The notes beneath the pieces are model-generated. The model did not search any database. It worked only from the letters and a program-made list of their open reading frames with translations, and had not been told where the DNA came from. Below are positions 24,972-34,733 of a DNA stretch of 64,000 bases, one piece after another (positions within the stretch are counted from its first letter, which is position 1; the number at the start of each line of letters is the position of its first letter). Source of the stretch: Chloroflexota bacterium. GTDB lineage: Bacteria; Chloroflexota; Dormibacteria; Dormibacterales; Dormibacteraceae. Made by a program: the position numbers and the translations under genes. The stretch lies in assembly GCA_005882115.1 (NCBI GenBank), contig VBEG01000021.1, forward strand, positions 25,498-89,497, read 5' to 3'.

Positions 24972-25919
24972 TTATGTCTTGGCGGGGACAAGCGCGGCGG
25001 CCATCTCGTCCTCGGTCAGGTCGGCCACAGCCGCCTTGACGATCTCGTCGATGCTCTTGCCGCGGTCGCGTTCGAGAACCTTCATCCTCTTGTCGAACTG
25101 GGTGCTCGCGAAATCGAGATACGTTTCCAGGCGCTGACCGAAGGGGGCGTGGTCCTCGTCGTAGTGCTCCCAGAATTCGCTGACGACCCGTAGCGCGGGT
25201 CCGAGCAGCTCATTCATCCGCTGGTTCATGACCTCCCACCCGTCAGGAGACTGGTTGATCAAGCGGTTGAGTAGGAAGACGCCGTAGCGGATATGACGGC
25301 TTTCGTCGCGAGAGATGAGGCGGATGCCATCGAGCAGTCCGGAGAGCTTGTGGTTTGATTCGAGGGACTGGCGGAATCCGTGGTAACCGGTTTCCGCGAG
25401 CACCCCCTCGATGATCATGTTGTAGGTCACGGACGCTTTGATCTGCGCCTCAACCGAGCGATCAGTCTTGAGCGCGTTGAGCGAGGCAGGCAGCTCGACA
25501 AGGAACAGCTGCCTGTAGCTGGGGGACATGAAGTGCGCGAGGTCTCCGTGAGCCATTGCGATCTCATCGAGCCAGCGTCGGAAGAACTCGACATGCTTGG
25601 CCTCCTCCCAAAGAAAGGACGTGAGGTAGATCTCTTCCTCGAGCCTGCCCTCGTCGGCGACGGCCATGATCAGCGGCAGCAGGTCCCTGGTCACCCCTTC
25701 CTCACCGGCCTGAAACAAGGCGAGAGTGCGGAGGAGGAAGTCGTGCTCGGTGTCGTCGAAGCCGGTCCAGTCGGCGGCGTCGGACGAGAAGTCGAGCGCC
25801 TGGGGATCCCACGTGCCGAGCTTCTTGGCCTTCTGGAAGAGACGCATGGGGACCGACTCCCAATCCAGGCCGCGACCGGAGATGGTCGCGTAGCCATCCC
25901 GCGCGGTGGGGGCGGTCAC
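24972..25919 (-). CDS. R2-like ligand-binding oxidase (RNR R2 / ferritin-like di-metal carboxylate protein)
   Basis: LWEEAKHVEFF and SRDESRHIRYG metal motifs. The N-terminus GLDWESVPMRLF...WDPQALDFSSDAADW resembles mycobacterial R2lox. GTG start inferred; a second in-frame GTG lies 8 codons upstream. Confidence 0.7.
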   Translation of the reverse strand: MTAPTARDGYATISGRGLDWESVPMRLFQKAKKLGTWDPQALDFSSDAADWTGFDDTEHDFLLRTLALFQAGEEGVTRDLLPLIMAVADEGRLEEEIYLTSFLWEEAKHVEFFRRWLDEIAMAHGDLAHFMSPSYRQLFLVELPASLNALKTDRSVEAQIKASVTYNMIIEGVLAETGYHGFRQSLESNHKLSGLLDGIRLISRDESRHIRYGVFLLNRLINQSPDGWEVMNQRMNELLGPALRVVSEFWEHYDEDHAPFGQRLETYLDFASTQFDKRMKVLERDRGKSIDEIVKAAVADLTEDEMAAALVPAKT

Positions 25920-25964
25920 GATGCCGCCCAGTCTAGAACTCACCGATGCGCCGAGAATTCGGTC

Positions 25965-26942
25965 ATGAGAGCGGTTGTCTACTACCGGTACGGGCCGCCC
26001 GACGTTTTGCGCATCGAAGAGGTCGAACGGCCGGTGCCCCTCGACGACGACGTGCTGGTCAGGGTTCGCGCCGTGGCTGTGACCCGGGCGGACTGCGCGA
26101 CGCGCGAAGCCAACCAGCGCAGCGGCCCAGCTATCTCGCTGATCAGCCGCGCCATCTCGGGCTTCCGGCGCCCAAGACAGCCGATCCTGGGGAGCGAGTT
26201 CGCGGGCGAAGTGGCCGAGGTAGGATCGGCCGTCACCGAGTTTCGCGTCGGCGACCGGGTATTCGGGAGCACCGGATTCAGATTTGGTGCCTGCGCCGAG
26301 TACCTCCGGGTGAAGGAGAGCGCGCGGATCGCGCAAATGCCGGCGGGGATGCGCTTCGAGGACGCGGCGGCGATCCCCGACGGAGCCCTCAACTCCCTTT
26401 GGTGCCTGAGGGGCGCCGATCTCAAGAAGCGCCAGAGCATCCTGATCTACGGCGCTTCGGGTGCAATCGGCACAGCCGGCGTGCAGCTGGCCCGCTACTT
26501 CGAGGCCGATGTCACCGCGGTGTGCAACACGAAGAACGTCGAGCTGATGCGCTCGCTCGGCGCCGACCGGGTGATCGACTACACAAAGGAAGACTTCACC
26601 CAGAACGGTGAGAAGTACGACGTGATCTTCGACGCTGTCGGCAAGCACTCATTCCGGCGGAGCAGAGGATCGCTAAAGCCGGGCGGCGCCTTCCTGCCGA
26701 CTGACGGTCTCGAAAATCTGATCCGAGCGGTGTCGCCATCTCGTTCAGGAGCCAAGAGAGTGGTGTTCCGGCTCCCGCCTCGCTACACAAAGCAGGATGT
26801 CCTGTTCATCAAGCAGCTGATCGAAGCCGGCAGATACCGCGCTGTGGTCGACCGCACCTACCCGCTCGACGAGGTCATCGAAGCGTCTCGATACGTCGAA
26901 ACCGAGCAGAAGACCGGCAACGTCATCCTGACCCTGAACTGA
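25965..26942 (+). CDS. MDR-family NAD(P)H quinone oxidoreductase / zinc-type alcohol dehydrogenase-like protein
   Basis: MRAVVYYRYGPPDVL...ILIYGASGAIGTAGVQLA Rossmann motif. Confidence 0.8.
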   Translation: MRAVVYYRYGPPDVLRIEEVERPVPLDDDVLVRVRAVAVTRADCATREANQRSGPAISLISRAISGFRRPRQPILGSEFAGEVAEVGSAVTEFRVGDRVFGSTGFRFGACAEYLRVKESARIAQMPAGMRFEDAAAIPDGALNSLWCLRGADLKKRQSILIYGASGAIGTAGVQLARYFEADVTAVCNTKNVELMRSLGADRVIDYTKEDFTQNGEKYDVIFDAVGKHSFRRSRGSLKPGGAFLPTDGLENLIRAVSPSRSGAKRVVFRLPPRYTKQDVLFIKQLIEAGRYRAVVDRTYPLDEVIEASRYVETEQKTGNVILTLN

Positions 26943-26983
26943 AGCGGAAGTGCCGAGCGGCCCGCTTACCTCGTGACGGGCGC

Positions 26984-28531
26984 CTATCGGCGGACGAGCA
27001 CCGGCCGCGTGTCTCGGGCTCGCGACTGACCGCGGAGCGGTGGAGTCAAGGAGCGTATGTCCTCGAGCTGAAGCCGGACCCAACGCGCGACGTCATTGGT
27101 GGCCACGATCTGACCAATCGCATTCGATCGCTCGGCTCGCTCCAGCGGAGCCATCCGCAGCGCTCGGTGGATTGCTCGTGCGGTGACGTCGACATCAAAG
27201 GGATTGATGCTCAGCGCGTGCGCGCCAAGCTCCTCATGCGCGCCGGCGGACTCTGAGAGGACAAGCACTCCCGACCGCTTATTGACCACTGGCCCCTCTT
27301 TCGCAACGAGGTTCATCCCGTCCAGAATCGGATTGACGAGCAGAACGTCATACGACTTGTATGCGGCAACCGCTCGATCCATGTCCTCGCCCAGCTCGAG
27401 TCGTGTCGGTTCCCACGTGTCTGATCGGAATCGCGCATTGATGCGGTGAACCGTCGCCTGCACAGCGTCGAGATAATTGCGGTACGCCACGACGTCGAGT
27501 CGCGAGGGTTGCAGAAACGCCCACAGCACGACCCGACCGTGGTATTCCGGGTGGTCCTCGAGCAGCCTTTCGTAAGCAAGGAAACCACGGATCAAATTCT
27601 TCGATGGATCCGTGCGGTCCACGCGGACGATCAGCTTCTCGGTGCGCCACGTTTCGACCTCGGCCTCAAGCTCCCGGACCCTCGACGATTCGCCGAGCTG
27701 CCTCATCGCGTCCACATCGATTGAGACCGGATACGCTCGAATCCAGACCAGCCGGCCCCCGTACAAGACCGCACCCTCGGCCTCCGCGACTCGCAGGCCC
27801 ATCAACTCGACGCAACACCGTAGAAAGTTGTGCACGTCCAGGCTGGTCTGCAATCCGATGATGTCGTTCGCAAGAAGACCCTTGAAGATGGGATCCCGCA
27901 TGGTTGCCGGGAGCACCTTCAGATAGCGGGGCTCAGGCCAGGGAATATGCACGAAATGCTGCATTGCCGCATCGGGCATCTCGGATCGAATGAGCTCCGG
28001 AGCGAGGTAAAGCTGGTAGTCCTGGGTCAGGAACAGCGGGCGGCGAGGGAGCAGGCGAGCTGTGGCCAACGCCGTCCTTGCCACAGCCTCGTTGACCACC
28101 CGGTAGCCGTCCAACCAGGCCTTGTGAAGACTTTGGTCAACGACCGGCTCCACGGCGATGTTCCACAAATAGTGGTGCGCGAACCAGAGCAGCGGATTGC
28201 TGATGATCGTGTAGTGAAGCTGGTAGCCCTCTGCATCGGTCGGCGCGAGAAAGATCGGAAAGCCCTGGTCGGGATCCGTGCTCGAGTTGAGAGGAACGCC
28301 CGACCTGGCGATGTCGCGCTCGACGTCCGTCCTGGAAGCCGAGACCCATGAGGCCTTGGTGGCGCTGGCGAGTGAAGTCAGGGCCTTGACCAGCCCTCCG
28401 GCCCCGGGTGCGAGCCGGCCGTCGGCCAGGGGTTCCACCGGCGCCCGATTGCTGAGAATGATCGGCGAGAACTGACCCAGTAGCCTCGCCGCGTCGCGTC
28501 CAATCGCCTTGAGCGCGGGGGTCTGCTCCAT
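26984..28531 (-). CDS. otsA: trehalose-6-phosphate synthase (GT20)
   Basis: IILSNRAP, LWFAHHYLWN, QDYQLYL, HFVHIPWP and NPILDGMNLVAKE. Confidence 0.85.
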   Translation of the reverse strand: MEQTPALKAIGRDAARLLGQFSPIILSNRAPVEPLADGRLAPGAGGLVKALTSLASATKASWVSASRTDVERDIARSGVPLNSSTDPDQGFPIFLAPTDAEGYQLHYTIISNPLLWFAHHYLWNIAVEPVVDQSLHKAWLDGYRVVNEAVARTALATARLLPRRPLFLTQDYQLYLAPELIRSEMPDAAMQHFVHIPWPEPRYLKVLPATMRDPIFKGLLANDIIGLQTSLDVHNFLRCCVELMGLRVAEAEGAVLYGGRLVWIRAYPVSIDVDAMRQLGESSRVRELEAEVETWRTEKLIVRVDRTDPSKNLIRGFLAYERLLEDHPEYHGRVVLWAFLQPSRLDVVAYRNYLDAVQATVHRINARFRSDTWEPTRLELGEDMDRAVAAYKSYDVLLVNPILDGMNLVAKEGPVVNKRSGVLVLSESAGAHEELGAHALSINPFDVDVTARAIHRALRMAPLERAERSNAIGQIVATNDVARWVRLQLEDIRSLTPPLRGQSRARDTRPVLVRR

Positions 28532-28536
28532 CGAGC

Positions 28537-29562
28537 TCAGACTCCGTGACCGTTGGACGCCACACCATGGGTGGACCCAGTGGGCGAGAGGTGCTTTGGC
28601 CGGACCAACAGCACAGGACACTCGAGCCGGCGGACAATGCGCTGGAGTTCTCGACCGATCGGGATGTCCGGCTTCGATGGACTGAGCCGCGAACCGATGA
28701 CCACGAGGTCCTGACCCGTGGCTTCTTCGAGGAGGCCAGTCGCCGCATTCTCGTGGTGGTGGACCCGGACATTTGCTGACGGCCTGTGCAACTCAGCGAC
28801 GATCTGCTCAAAGCTGTCCCATTCGCGGCGAGAGCGGTCGGGGTGCTGCGAGTCCGTTTGTATGTGGGTCAGCGTCAGGGCGCTGCCACATGCATCGGCC
28901 AGGGCCGATGCTGTTGACGCGACCACGCGAGCGCTCGATCCTCCTCTGATGGCGGCCAGAATCGTCCGCGGTGCGATTGCCTCGTGTGGCGCGCGGGGGT
29001 TGGAGCGGACGAACACAATGTCCGTCCTATGGTCAGGCAACAGCTGGCGGCTCAGGTCGATCAACCCATGGCGACGGGCGCTGGAAACAGTGGGCCACTC
29101 GAGCACGAGGCTCGTGGTTTCGTTTTCGGCGGCGAAGTCACGAATGCTGCTCGCCAGGTTCGCCGTGATTCGCAAACTCAGGCTCAACCGGCGGCGACCG
29201 TCACCCGGATATTCGAGTCCCGCGACCCAGCGAAGCATGTCTCGTCGTCGCTGGTCCTGCGCGAAAACCTCATTGTCGCGGCCGGCGCGGATCTCCACGA
29301 GACCAAGTACGCTGCCCGATCCGCCTGGTGAGGTCGCGAGCGCGTCGCCGATGCTGATCGCTGGTCGAGCCATCTGGCCCATGAGAACAGGCACAAGGAC
29401 ACGTGGCCGCGCGCCGATGTGCGGAAACACGAAGCGATGTCTCGGGATCACCCTGAAGGTCCTCCTTTCCCCCGCGCGATGGGCGATTGTCGCATCGGCG
29501 ACAGCCGGTCGCGCACGTAACTCTAGAGATGGCGCCCCTCGTGCGCTGGACCGGATTGGCAT
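28537..29562 (-). CDS. tandem universal stress protein (UspA) domain protein
   Basis: Two Usp-like halves (VLVPV..., ILAAIRGG..., DLVVIGSR..., VRRLECPVLLVR). Stop is 5 nt from the otsA start. The start codon is uncertain. Confidence 0.6.
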   Translation of the reverse strand: MPIRSSARGAPSLELRARPAVADATIAHRAGERRTFRVIPRHRFVFPHIGARPRVLVPVLMGQMARPAISIGDALATSPGGSGSVLGLVEIRAGRDNEVFAQDQRRRDMLRWVAGLEYPGDGRRRLSLSLRITANLASSIRDFAAENETTSLVLEWPTVSSARRHGLIDLSRQLLPDHRTDIVFVRSNPRAPHEAIAPRTILAAIRGGSSARVVASTASALADACGSALTLTHIQTDSQHPDRSRREWDSFEQIVAELHRPSANVRVHHHENAATGLLEEATGQDLVVIGSRLSPSKPDIPIGRELQRIVRRLECPVLLVRPKHLSPTGSTHGVASNGHGV

Positions 29563-29750
29563 CCTCGCGTGGACGCGCCTAGGTCAGGCCTCCTCGGAAC
29601 GGTCGTCGTGACCGATTTCGATTTGGCCAGCGGCAGGTCGAGGGCGAAGCAAGTCCCGACGCCGGGTTCGGTCCTCTCCAGGGGTAAGCCTGCCCAGATT
29701 GGCTTCGGCCAGCACGCGGCTGGCGTGACCTGCCGCCAGTTGCCGGCGAC

Positions 29751-30215
29751 CTATCTCCTCGTTTCCTGGCCGTGCTCAGGCATCATCTCGACCCACGACG
29801 CTCGCCACTCCGCGGCCGGGAACGGCGCGGCAAAGTAATACGTGACCTTGGCGATCTTGTCGCCTCGAAATTGGTACAGGCTGATGCCGTACCCATGCTC
29901 ACCGTTGGGATATTCCACCCACTCCTCGGTTGTGTATTCGTCTCCGCTCCCCGCGATCCGTAGAAGCGTGAAGCTCGGACTGGCAACCCACGCATCTGCG
30001 CTGCCGTGCACCTTCTTGGCCGATGATCGAGGAGCACCCCCAGGAGCGCCCTCGATAACTGCACGGTTGTTCGCGATTCCTACTATTCGCTCCCGCGATT
30101 GAGGGGTTTCGATGACGATGTCGTCGTGAACGAGTTGATCCAACCCATCAAAGTCGCGCTCGCGAAGCAATCGAGTCACGGATTCAACCATTTGGTGATG
30201 GCTCATCTCGGGCAT
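29751..30215 (-). CDS. SnoaL/NTF2-like fold protein
   Basis: VTRLLRERDFDGLDQLVHDDIVIETPQS...YQFRGDKIAKVTYYF pattern. Start chosen at the ATG preceded by GAGGGA. Confidence 0.5.
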   Translation of the reverse strand: MPEMSHHQMVESVTRLLRERDFDGLDQLVHDDIVIETPQSRERIVGIANNRAVIEGAPGGAPRSSAKKVHGSADAWVASPSFTLLRIAGSGDEYTTEEWVEYPNGEHGYGISLYQFRGDKIAKVTYYFAAPFPAAEWRASWVEMMPEHGQETRR

Positions 30216-30395
30216 TTTGGATTCCCTCTTCATAGGGCAATGGCGCGCAGAAGACTGACGGTGGATCACGGTGAGCCAACACCGACAAGAACGCAAATGA
30301 TTGGAGGCGGCTAGCGCCAGAGTAGTTGGGCCGGACTGAACTGAGAGGTTTGCCAGCTCGCATCGAGGGCGGTCAGAACTGCGGTTTAGTGGCGC

Positions 30396-31271
30396 TTACT
30401 CGTCGACCGCCGCGACGATCTTGTTGCGCAGCAAGCCGATGCGTTCGACCTCCGTCTCCATGATGTCTCCCGGCTTAAGGAACTCAGGCGGTTTGCGCGC
30501 GAACCCGACTCCATCCGGTGTCCCCGTGGCAATCACGGCTCCAGGCAGGAGCGTCATTCCCTTCGATGCCCATTCGATGATGGCGTCGACGGAGTAGATC
30601 ATGTCCCGCGTGTTGCCGTCTTGCTTAATGGTCTCGTTGACGCGGAGCTGGAGGTTGAGCGACTGCGGGTTGTCGAGCTCATCGCTCGTCACGATCCACG
30701 GACCTGTCGGGCACGATCGGTCAAGGCTCTTGCCCTTGAAGTACTGGCCGCCCCAGCTGCTCTGGATGTCCCGTGCGGTCACATCGTTGAGGACCGTGTA
30801 GCCGAAAACGTAGGGTCGAGCGTCCTCCCGCCTGATGTTCGCCCCGCGCCTGCCTATGACCACGGCAAGCTCGACCTCCCAGTCGATCTTGTCGCTGATC
30901 TGGGGATCGATCGCGATCTCCGCGTAGGGCTCGGTGAGCGATGTGATCGCTTTCGTGAAGATGGTCGGAGGGCTCGGTTCGCGGCCTTCCATCACCGCAG
31001 TCTCCTCCGCGTGCTTCTGGTAGTTGCGTCCGATGGCGATCACGTTGCCGCGAGGCGCATCCAGGGGTGCCAGGAGCTGGACATCGCCCAGGCGATGAGA
31101 TCGGCCTTTGCCGCGCGCCGCCGCCGACCGCACCCGGGCCAGGCCGTCCTCGCCGGAGTCGATCAACTCGAGGATATCGGCGGGTTCGGATAGCTCGATC
31201 AGCTCTTCGCCATCTTCTCGCAGCGCTCCGAGTCTTCGACCGCCGCCGGCGCGAAACATCAGCAACCTCAT
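30396..31271 (-). CDS. fumarylacetoacetate hydrolase (FAH) family protein
   Basis: GRNYQKHAEE, EVELAVVIG, GYTVLNDVTARD and KSLDRSCPTGPW. ATGA overlap with the livF-like stop. Confidence 0.8.
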   Translation of the reverse strand: MRLLMFRAGGGRRLGALREDGEELIELSEPADILELIDSGEDGLARVRSAAARGKGRSHRLGDVQLLAPLDAPRGNVIAIGRNYQKHAEETAVMEGREPSPPTIFTKAITSLTEPYAEIAIDPQISDKIDWEVELAVVIGRRGANIRREDARPYVFGYTVLNDVTARDIQSSWGGQYFKGKSLDRSCPTGPWIVTSDELDNPQSLNLQLRVNETIKQDGNTRDMIYSVDAIIEWASKGMTLLPGAVIATGTPDGVGFARKPPEFLKPGDIMETEVERIGLLRNKIVAAVDE

Positions 31272-32077
31272 GTGTTCTCCTCTACCTCCTCAACCCGCGG
31301 TGCCGCTGATCGCGGGCCCGCTCCCAAGAAAAGCTCCTCAAAGTCCTGGCGCTTGAGGAGGTCGCCCGGGCTGCCTTCGAGCCTGGTCACGCCCGAGACC
31401 AGCACGCTCGTCCAGTCCGCCACCTGGAGAGCGGCGCGCGCCCTTTGTTCGACGAGCAAGACAGCTTTGCCGGCCGCCGCCAACCTGGTTACGTGCTGAC
31501 TCAAGAGCGCATCCGCGACCTTGGGCGACAGGTTCGCAGTTGGCTCGTCCAGGATCAGCACCTCTGGGTCCAGCATCAGCACGCGCCCGATGGCGAGCAT
31601 CTTGCGTTCGCCGCCGCTCAGCTTGTCGGCGCGGCGTTTGAGCATCGGCGGAAGGGCGGGAAAAACCTGTCCGACTTCCTCCACCCGCCGCCGCACCTGG
31701 CTCCGCGATAGTAAGTAGCCGCCCATCTCGAGGTTTTCGAGCACGGTAAGCGGTTCAAAAATGTCGTTGACCTGCGGCACGTAGCCGACGCCGCGTCGCG
31801 CGAGCTCCTCCGGCGGCCGGTTGGTCACCTCTTCGGTGCCTAGCCAGACGTGGCCGGCGGACACGTGAAGAATGCCGACCAGGCTCTTGAGCAGGGTGCT
31901 CTTGCCGGCGCCGTTGGGCCCGATCACCGCCACGACCTCCCCCGGGCCCACAGAGATGGACACGTCGCGAATCACCGGCACGTTGCCGTAGCCGGCCGTG
32001 ATCCCGTCCGCCCGAAGGCTTGGCTTCGGCCGCGGCACCACTGCTAGGTCTTCATCCGACGAGGTAAGCGTCAACAA
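31268..32077 (-). CDS. livF: branched-chain-amino-acid-type ABC transporter ATP-binding protein (LivF-like)
   Basis: GPNGAGKSTLL, LSGGERKML and LILDEP. Confidence 0.8.
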   Translation of the reverse strand: MLTLTSSDEDLAVVPRPKPSLRADGITAGYGNVPVIRDVSISVGPGEVVAVIGPNGAGKSTLLKSLVGILHVSAGHVWLGTEEVTNRPPEELARRGVGYVPQVNDIFEPLTVLENLEMGGYLLSRSQVRRRVEEVGQVFPALPPMLKRRADKLSGGERKMLAIGRVLMLDPEVLILDEPTANLSPKVADALLSQHVTRLAAAGKAVLLVEQRARAALQVADWTSVLVSGVTRLEGSPGDLLKRQDFEELFLGAGPRSAAPRVEEVEENT

Positions 32078-32825
32078 TCTCCCGCTGTCGCCTCAGGCTT
32101 GTCATGGTTCCGCTTCCGATGACCTTTCCCTGCGCCATGACCACCACTGAGTCGCATAGCTGCTCGACCAGGTGCAGCTCGTGCTCGACCATCAAGATGG
32201 TCAGCCCGCCCGCGCGCAAAGACTGCAGGTAGTACTGGATCTCCTCGACGACCCTGGGATGGACGCCGGACATCGGCTCGTCCAGCAAGAGGCAGCGCGG
32301 GCGCAGCATCAGCGCGCGCATGATCTCGATCAGCCTCTTTTGTCCGCCGCTCATGATGCCGGCATAGTCCGATTCCTTGGCGCTCATACCGAATCGCTTC
32401 AGCAAGTCGCGCGCCTGAGCGACCAGTCGGTTCTCGTCGGCCATCCAATAGCGCGGGCCAAGGAGCGCGCCCCACAGCGAGTCACCTCTGTTGCCCGGCG
32501 CCGCGACGAGCAGGTTTTCGAGCACTGTCAGCCGCGCGAACTCAGAGGGCAGCTGGAAGGTGCGCACCAGCCCGCGCCTCGCGCGCAGATAGGCCGGGAT
32601 CCGTGTGATCTCGCTGCCATCGAAGATGATCGTTCCGCTCGTCGCCGGCAGAGTCCCGGCGAGGACCGCCAGGAAGGTCGACTTGCCGGCCCCGTTGGGT
32701 CCGATGATCCCCGTGATGTGGCCGGGCACGACTTCGATCGACACGCCGTCCACGGCACGCATACCTTCGAAGTGACGGTGCACTTCCTGCGCAACCAGGA
32801 TTGGCTTCTCAGGCGGTGCTGACAA
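32052..32825 (-). CDS. livG: branched-chain-amino-acid-type ABC transporter ATP-binding protein (LivG-like)
   Basis: GPNGAGKSTFL, MSGGQKRLIEI and LLLDEP. Confidence 0.8.
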   Translation of the reverse strand: MSAPPEKPILVAQEVHRHFEGMRAVDGVSIEVVPGHITGIIGPNGAGKSTFLAVLAGTLPATSGTIIFDGSEITRIPAYLRARRGLVRTFQLPSEFARLTVLENLLVAAPGNRGDSLWGALLGPRYWMADENRLVAQARDLLKRFGMSAKESDYAGIMSGGQKRLIEIMRALMLRPRCLLLDEPMSGVHPRVVEEIQYYLQSLRAGGLTILMVEHELHLVEQLCDSVVVMAQGKVIGSGTMTSLRRQREIVDAYLVG

Positions 32826-33825
32826 GCTCTACCTCCGAAGGATCCGGACTGCCCTCAAACACTCGTCGCGGCTCCGGCCGCACGCCCTCCGGGCGAAACC
32901 AGAGGAAGCCGATGATCAAAAGCCCGATCGCGACCCACTGCAGCGCCGGGATCAAGCCCACCTGGGGAGTGATCACAAGTCCGCCCAGGTCGAACTGGTT
33001 GGGGAGGAGCCGAGTCACCTCTTCGAAACCAACCGGGACGAGGAGCGCGCCCAGCACCGCGCCCAGGTTGTTACCGCGGCCCCCGACGATTACCGCGGCG
33101 AAAAGGATGATGGTCTCGGGGTAGAGCCAGACGGAGGGCGCCCACAGCTGGATGAAGCCCACCAGGATCGCCCCCGAAAGGCCGGCGATCACGCCGCCGA
33201 CGATGAAGATCATCATCTTCAGCGCGACCGGATTCTTGCCGAGCGCACTTGCGGCGACCTCGTTGTCGCGCATGGCGCGCAGTGAACGGCCGAACGGCGA
33301 GTTGACGATTCGCGAAGCCACGAACCAGACGAGCACGACCGACAACGCAGACAGGCCGATGTAGAAGTACTGATAGCTGTCGCTGACGGGGTCGATCTGA
33401 TCCTGCAGGGGCTGCGGCACCAGCGCAAGGCCGGCCGCCCCGTTGAGGAAGGGGCGCGCATTGGTGATCACGGTGTTGGCGATGATCGAGGTGACCAGGA
33501 GCGCGATCGCCTGGTAGTCGCTCCTCAATTTCCTCAGCACCACAAAGCCGACAGGGATCGACAGCAGGCCCCCCGCAATCGCTCCGCCGATCCATGGAAG
33601 AGGAAACGGCAGCTGGAAGCCGCCCACGTAGATCTGGAAGTCGTACCCGCTGGCGGTGTCGGGGGGCATCGAGAGGACGGCTGCTGCGTAGGCGCCTGCC
33701 GCCTGGAAGACGATGAAGCTGAAGTTGACGATGCCCGAGACGCCGAACTGCAGGTTCAGCGCGATGCACGCGATGATGTCGACGGCCGCATAGACCAGCA
33801 GGTTGGCTGCGTAGTAGGTGTTCAT
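32809..33825 (-). CDS. livM: Liv-type ABC permease (LivM-like)
   Basis: Polytopic with a BPD_transp_2 pattern. ATG at 33825 overlaps the livH-like stop (ATGA). The upstream part of the 440-aa track ORF is spurious. Confidence 0.75.
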   Translation of the reverse strand: MNTYYAANLLVYAAVDIIACIALNLQFGVSGIVNFSFIVFQAAGAYAAAVLSMPPDTASGYDFQIYVGGFQLPFPLPWIGGAIAGGLLSIPVGFVVLRKLRSDYQAIALLVTSIIANTVITNARPFLNGAAGLALVPQPLQDQIDPVSDSYQYFYIGLSALSVVLVWFVASRIVNSPFGRSLRAMRDNEVAASALGKNPVALKMMIFIVGGVIAGLSGAILVGFIQLWAPSVWLYPETIILFAAVIVGGRGNNLGAVLGALLVPVGFEEVTRLLPNQFDLGGLVITPQVGLIPALQWVAIGLLIIGFLWFRPEGVRPEPRRVFEGSPDPSEVELVSTA

Positions 33826-34706
33826 CCTGCGGCCGCGAGCGCTCCGCGCTTGGCCAGCAGCCCTTGAGGGCGCAGCACCATGACCAGGACGAGGATGCCG
33901 AACGCGACAACCTCCTTGTACTCGGGAGACCAGGCGGCAGCGCTGAGCTCGGTGACCAGGCCGATGATCACCGCGCCGATCATGGCGCCATATGGTTGTC
34001 CTGCGCCGCCGAGCACGGCAGCGGCCAGCGCGGTGATCAGAAAACCGGCACCGTTGGCGACTGCGAAGGAATCCGAGTTCAACGCTGCGACCACTCCGGC
34101 CAGCCCGCAAAGCGCGCCTGTAATCAACCACACGACGTCGACCACGCGCTGGGTCGCAATGCCGCAGTTGCGCGCCAGGATCGGATTCGCCGCGGTGGCA
34201 CGCATCGCCTTGCCGAGACGCGTGTACCTCAGAAGTCCATGGATCGCGAGCATGACAACGACAGCAAGCAGGATGATGAGGATCTGGTTGGTGGTAAGGA
34301 TGACGCCGGCCATCCTGATGAGGCTGCCCGATGTCTCCTGGTACGAGACGCTGTTGTAGGTGACGAGCGGCAGCAGCAGGTTGGCGATCATGAGCGAGAC
34401 GGCCAGCGACACGATGACCATGCCGAGGAGCGATGTCCCCTTGCGCTGGAACGGCGAATAGACGATCCGATTCAGGAGGAAGGAGAAGACGGCGCCGAAG
34501 ATCGCGCCGGCAATCATTCCGATCCAGATCGAGACGCCAGCTCGGTTGATGTAGTAGGCGACGTAGGCCGACGAGATCATGACCTCGCCGTAGGCAAGGT
34601 TGATCATGTTGGTGATCCCGAACTGCATGGTGAACCCTACCGCCCCCAGCGCGATGACCGACATGCTGACGAGACCGAAGCCGAACGCCGCTTGGAAAAG
34701 GCTCAC
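33822..34706 (-). CDS. livH: Liv-type ABC permease (LivH-like)
   Basis: FGITNMINLAYGE motif, 8 TMS. Confidence 0.8.
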   Translation of the reverse strand: MSLFQAAFGFGLVSMSVIALGAVGFTMQFGITNMINLAYGEVMISSAYVAYYINRAGVSIWIGMIAGAIFGAVFSFLLNRIVYSPFQRKGTSLLGMVIVSLAVSLMIANLLLPLVTYNSVSYQETSGSLIRMAGVILTTNQILIILLAVVVMLAIHGLLRYTRLGKAMRATAANPILARNCGIATQRVVDVVWLITGALCGLAGVVAALNSDSFAVANGAGFLITALAAAVLGGAGQPYGAMIGAVIIGLVTELSAAAWSPEYKEVVAFGILVLVMVLRPQGLLAKRGALAAAG

Positions 34707-34733
34707 GGCGTTCGGCTCACACCGACTCGGACT

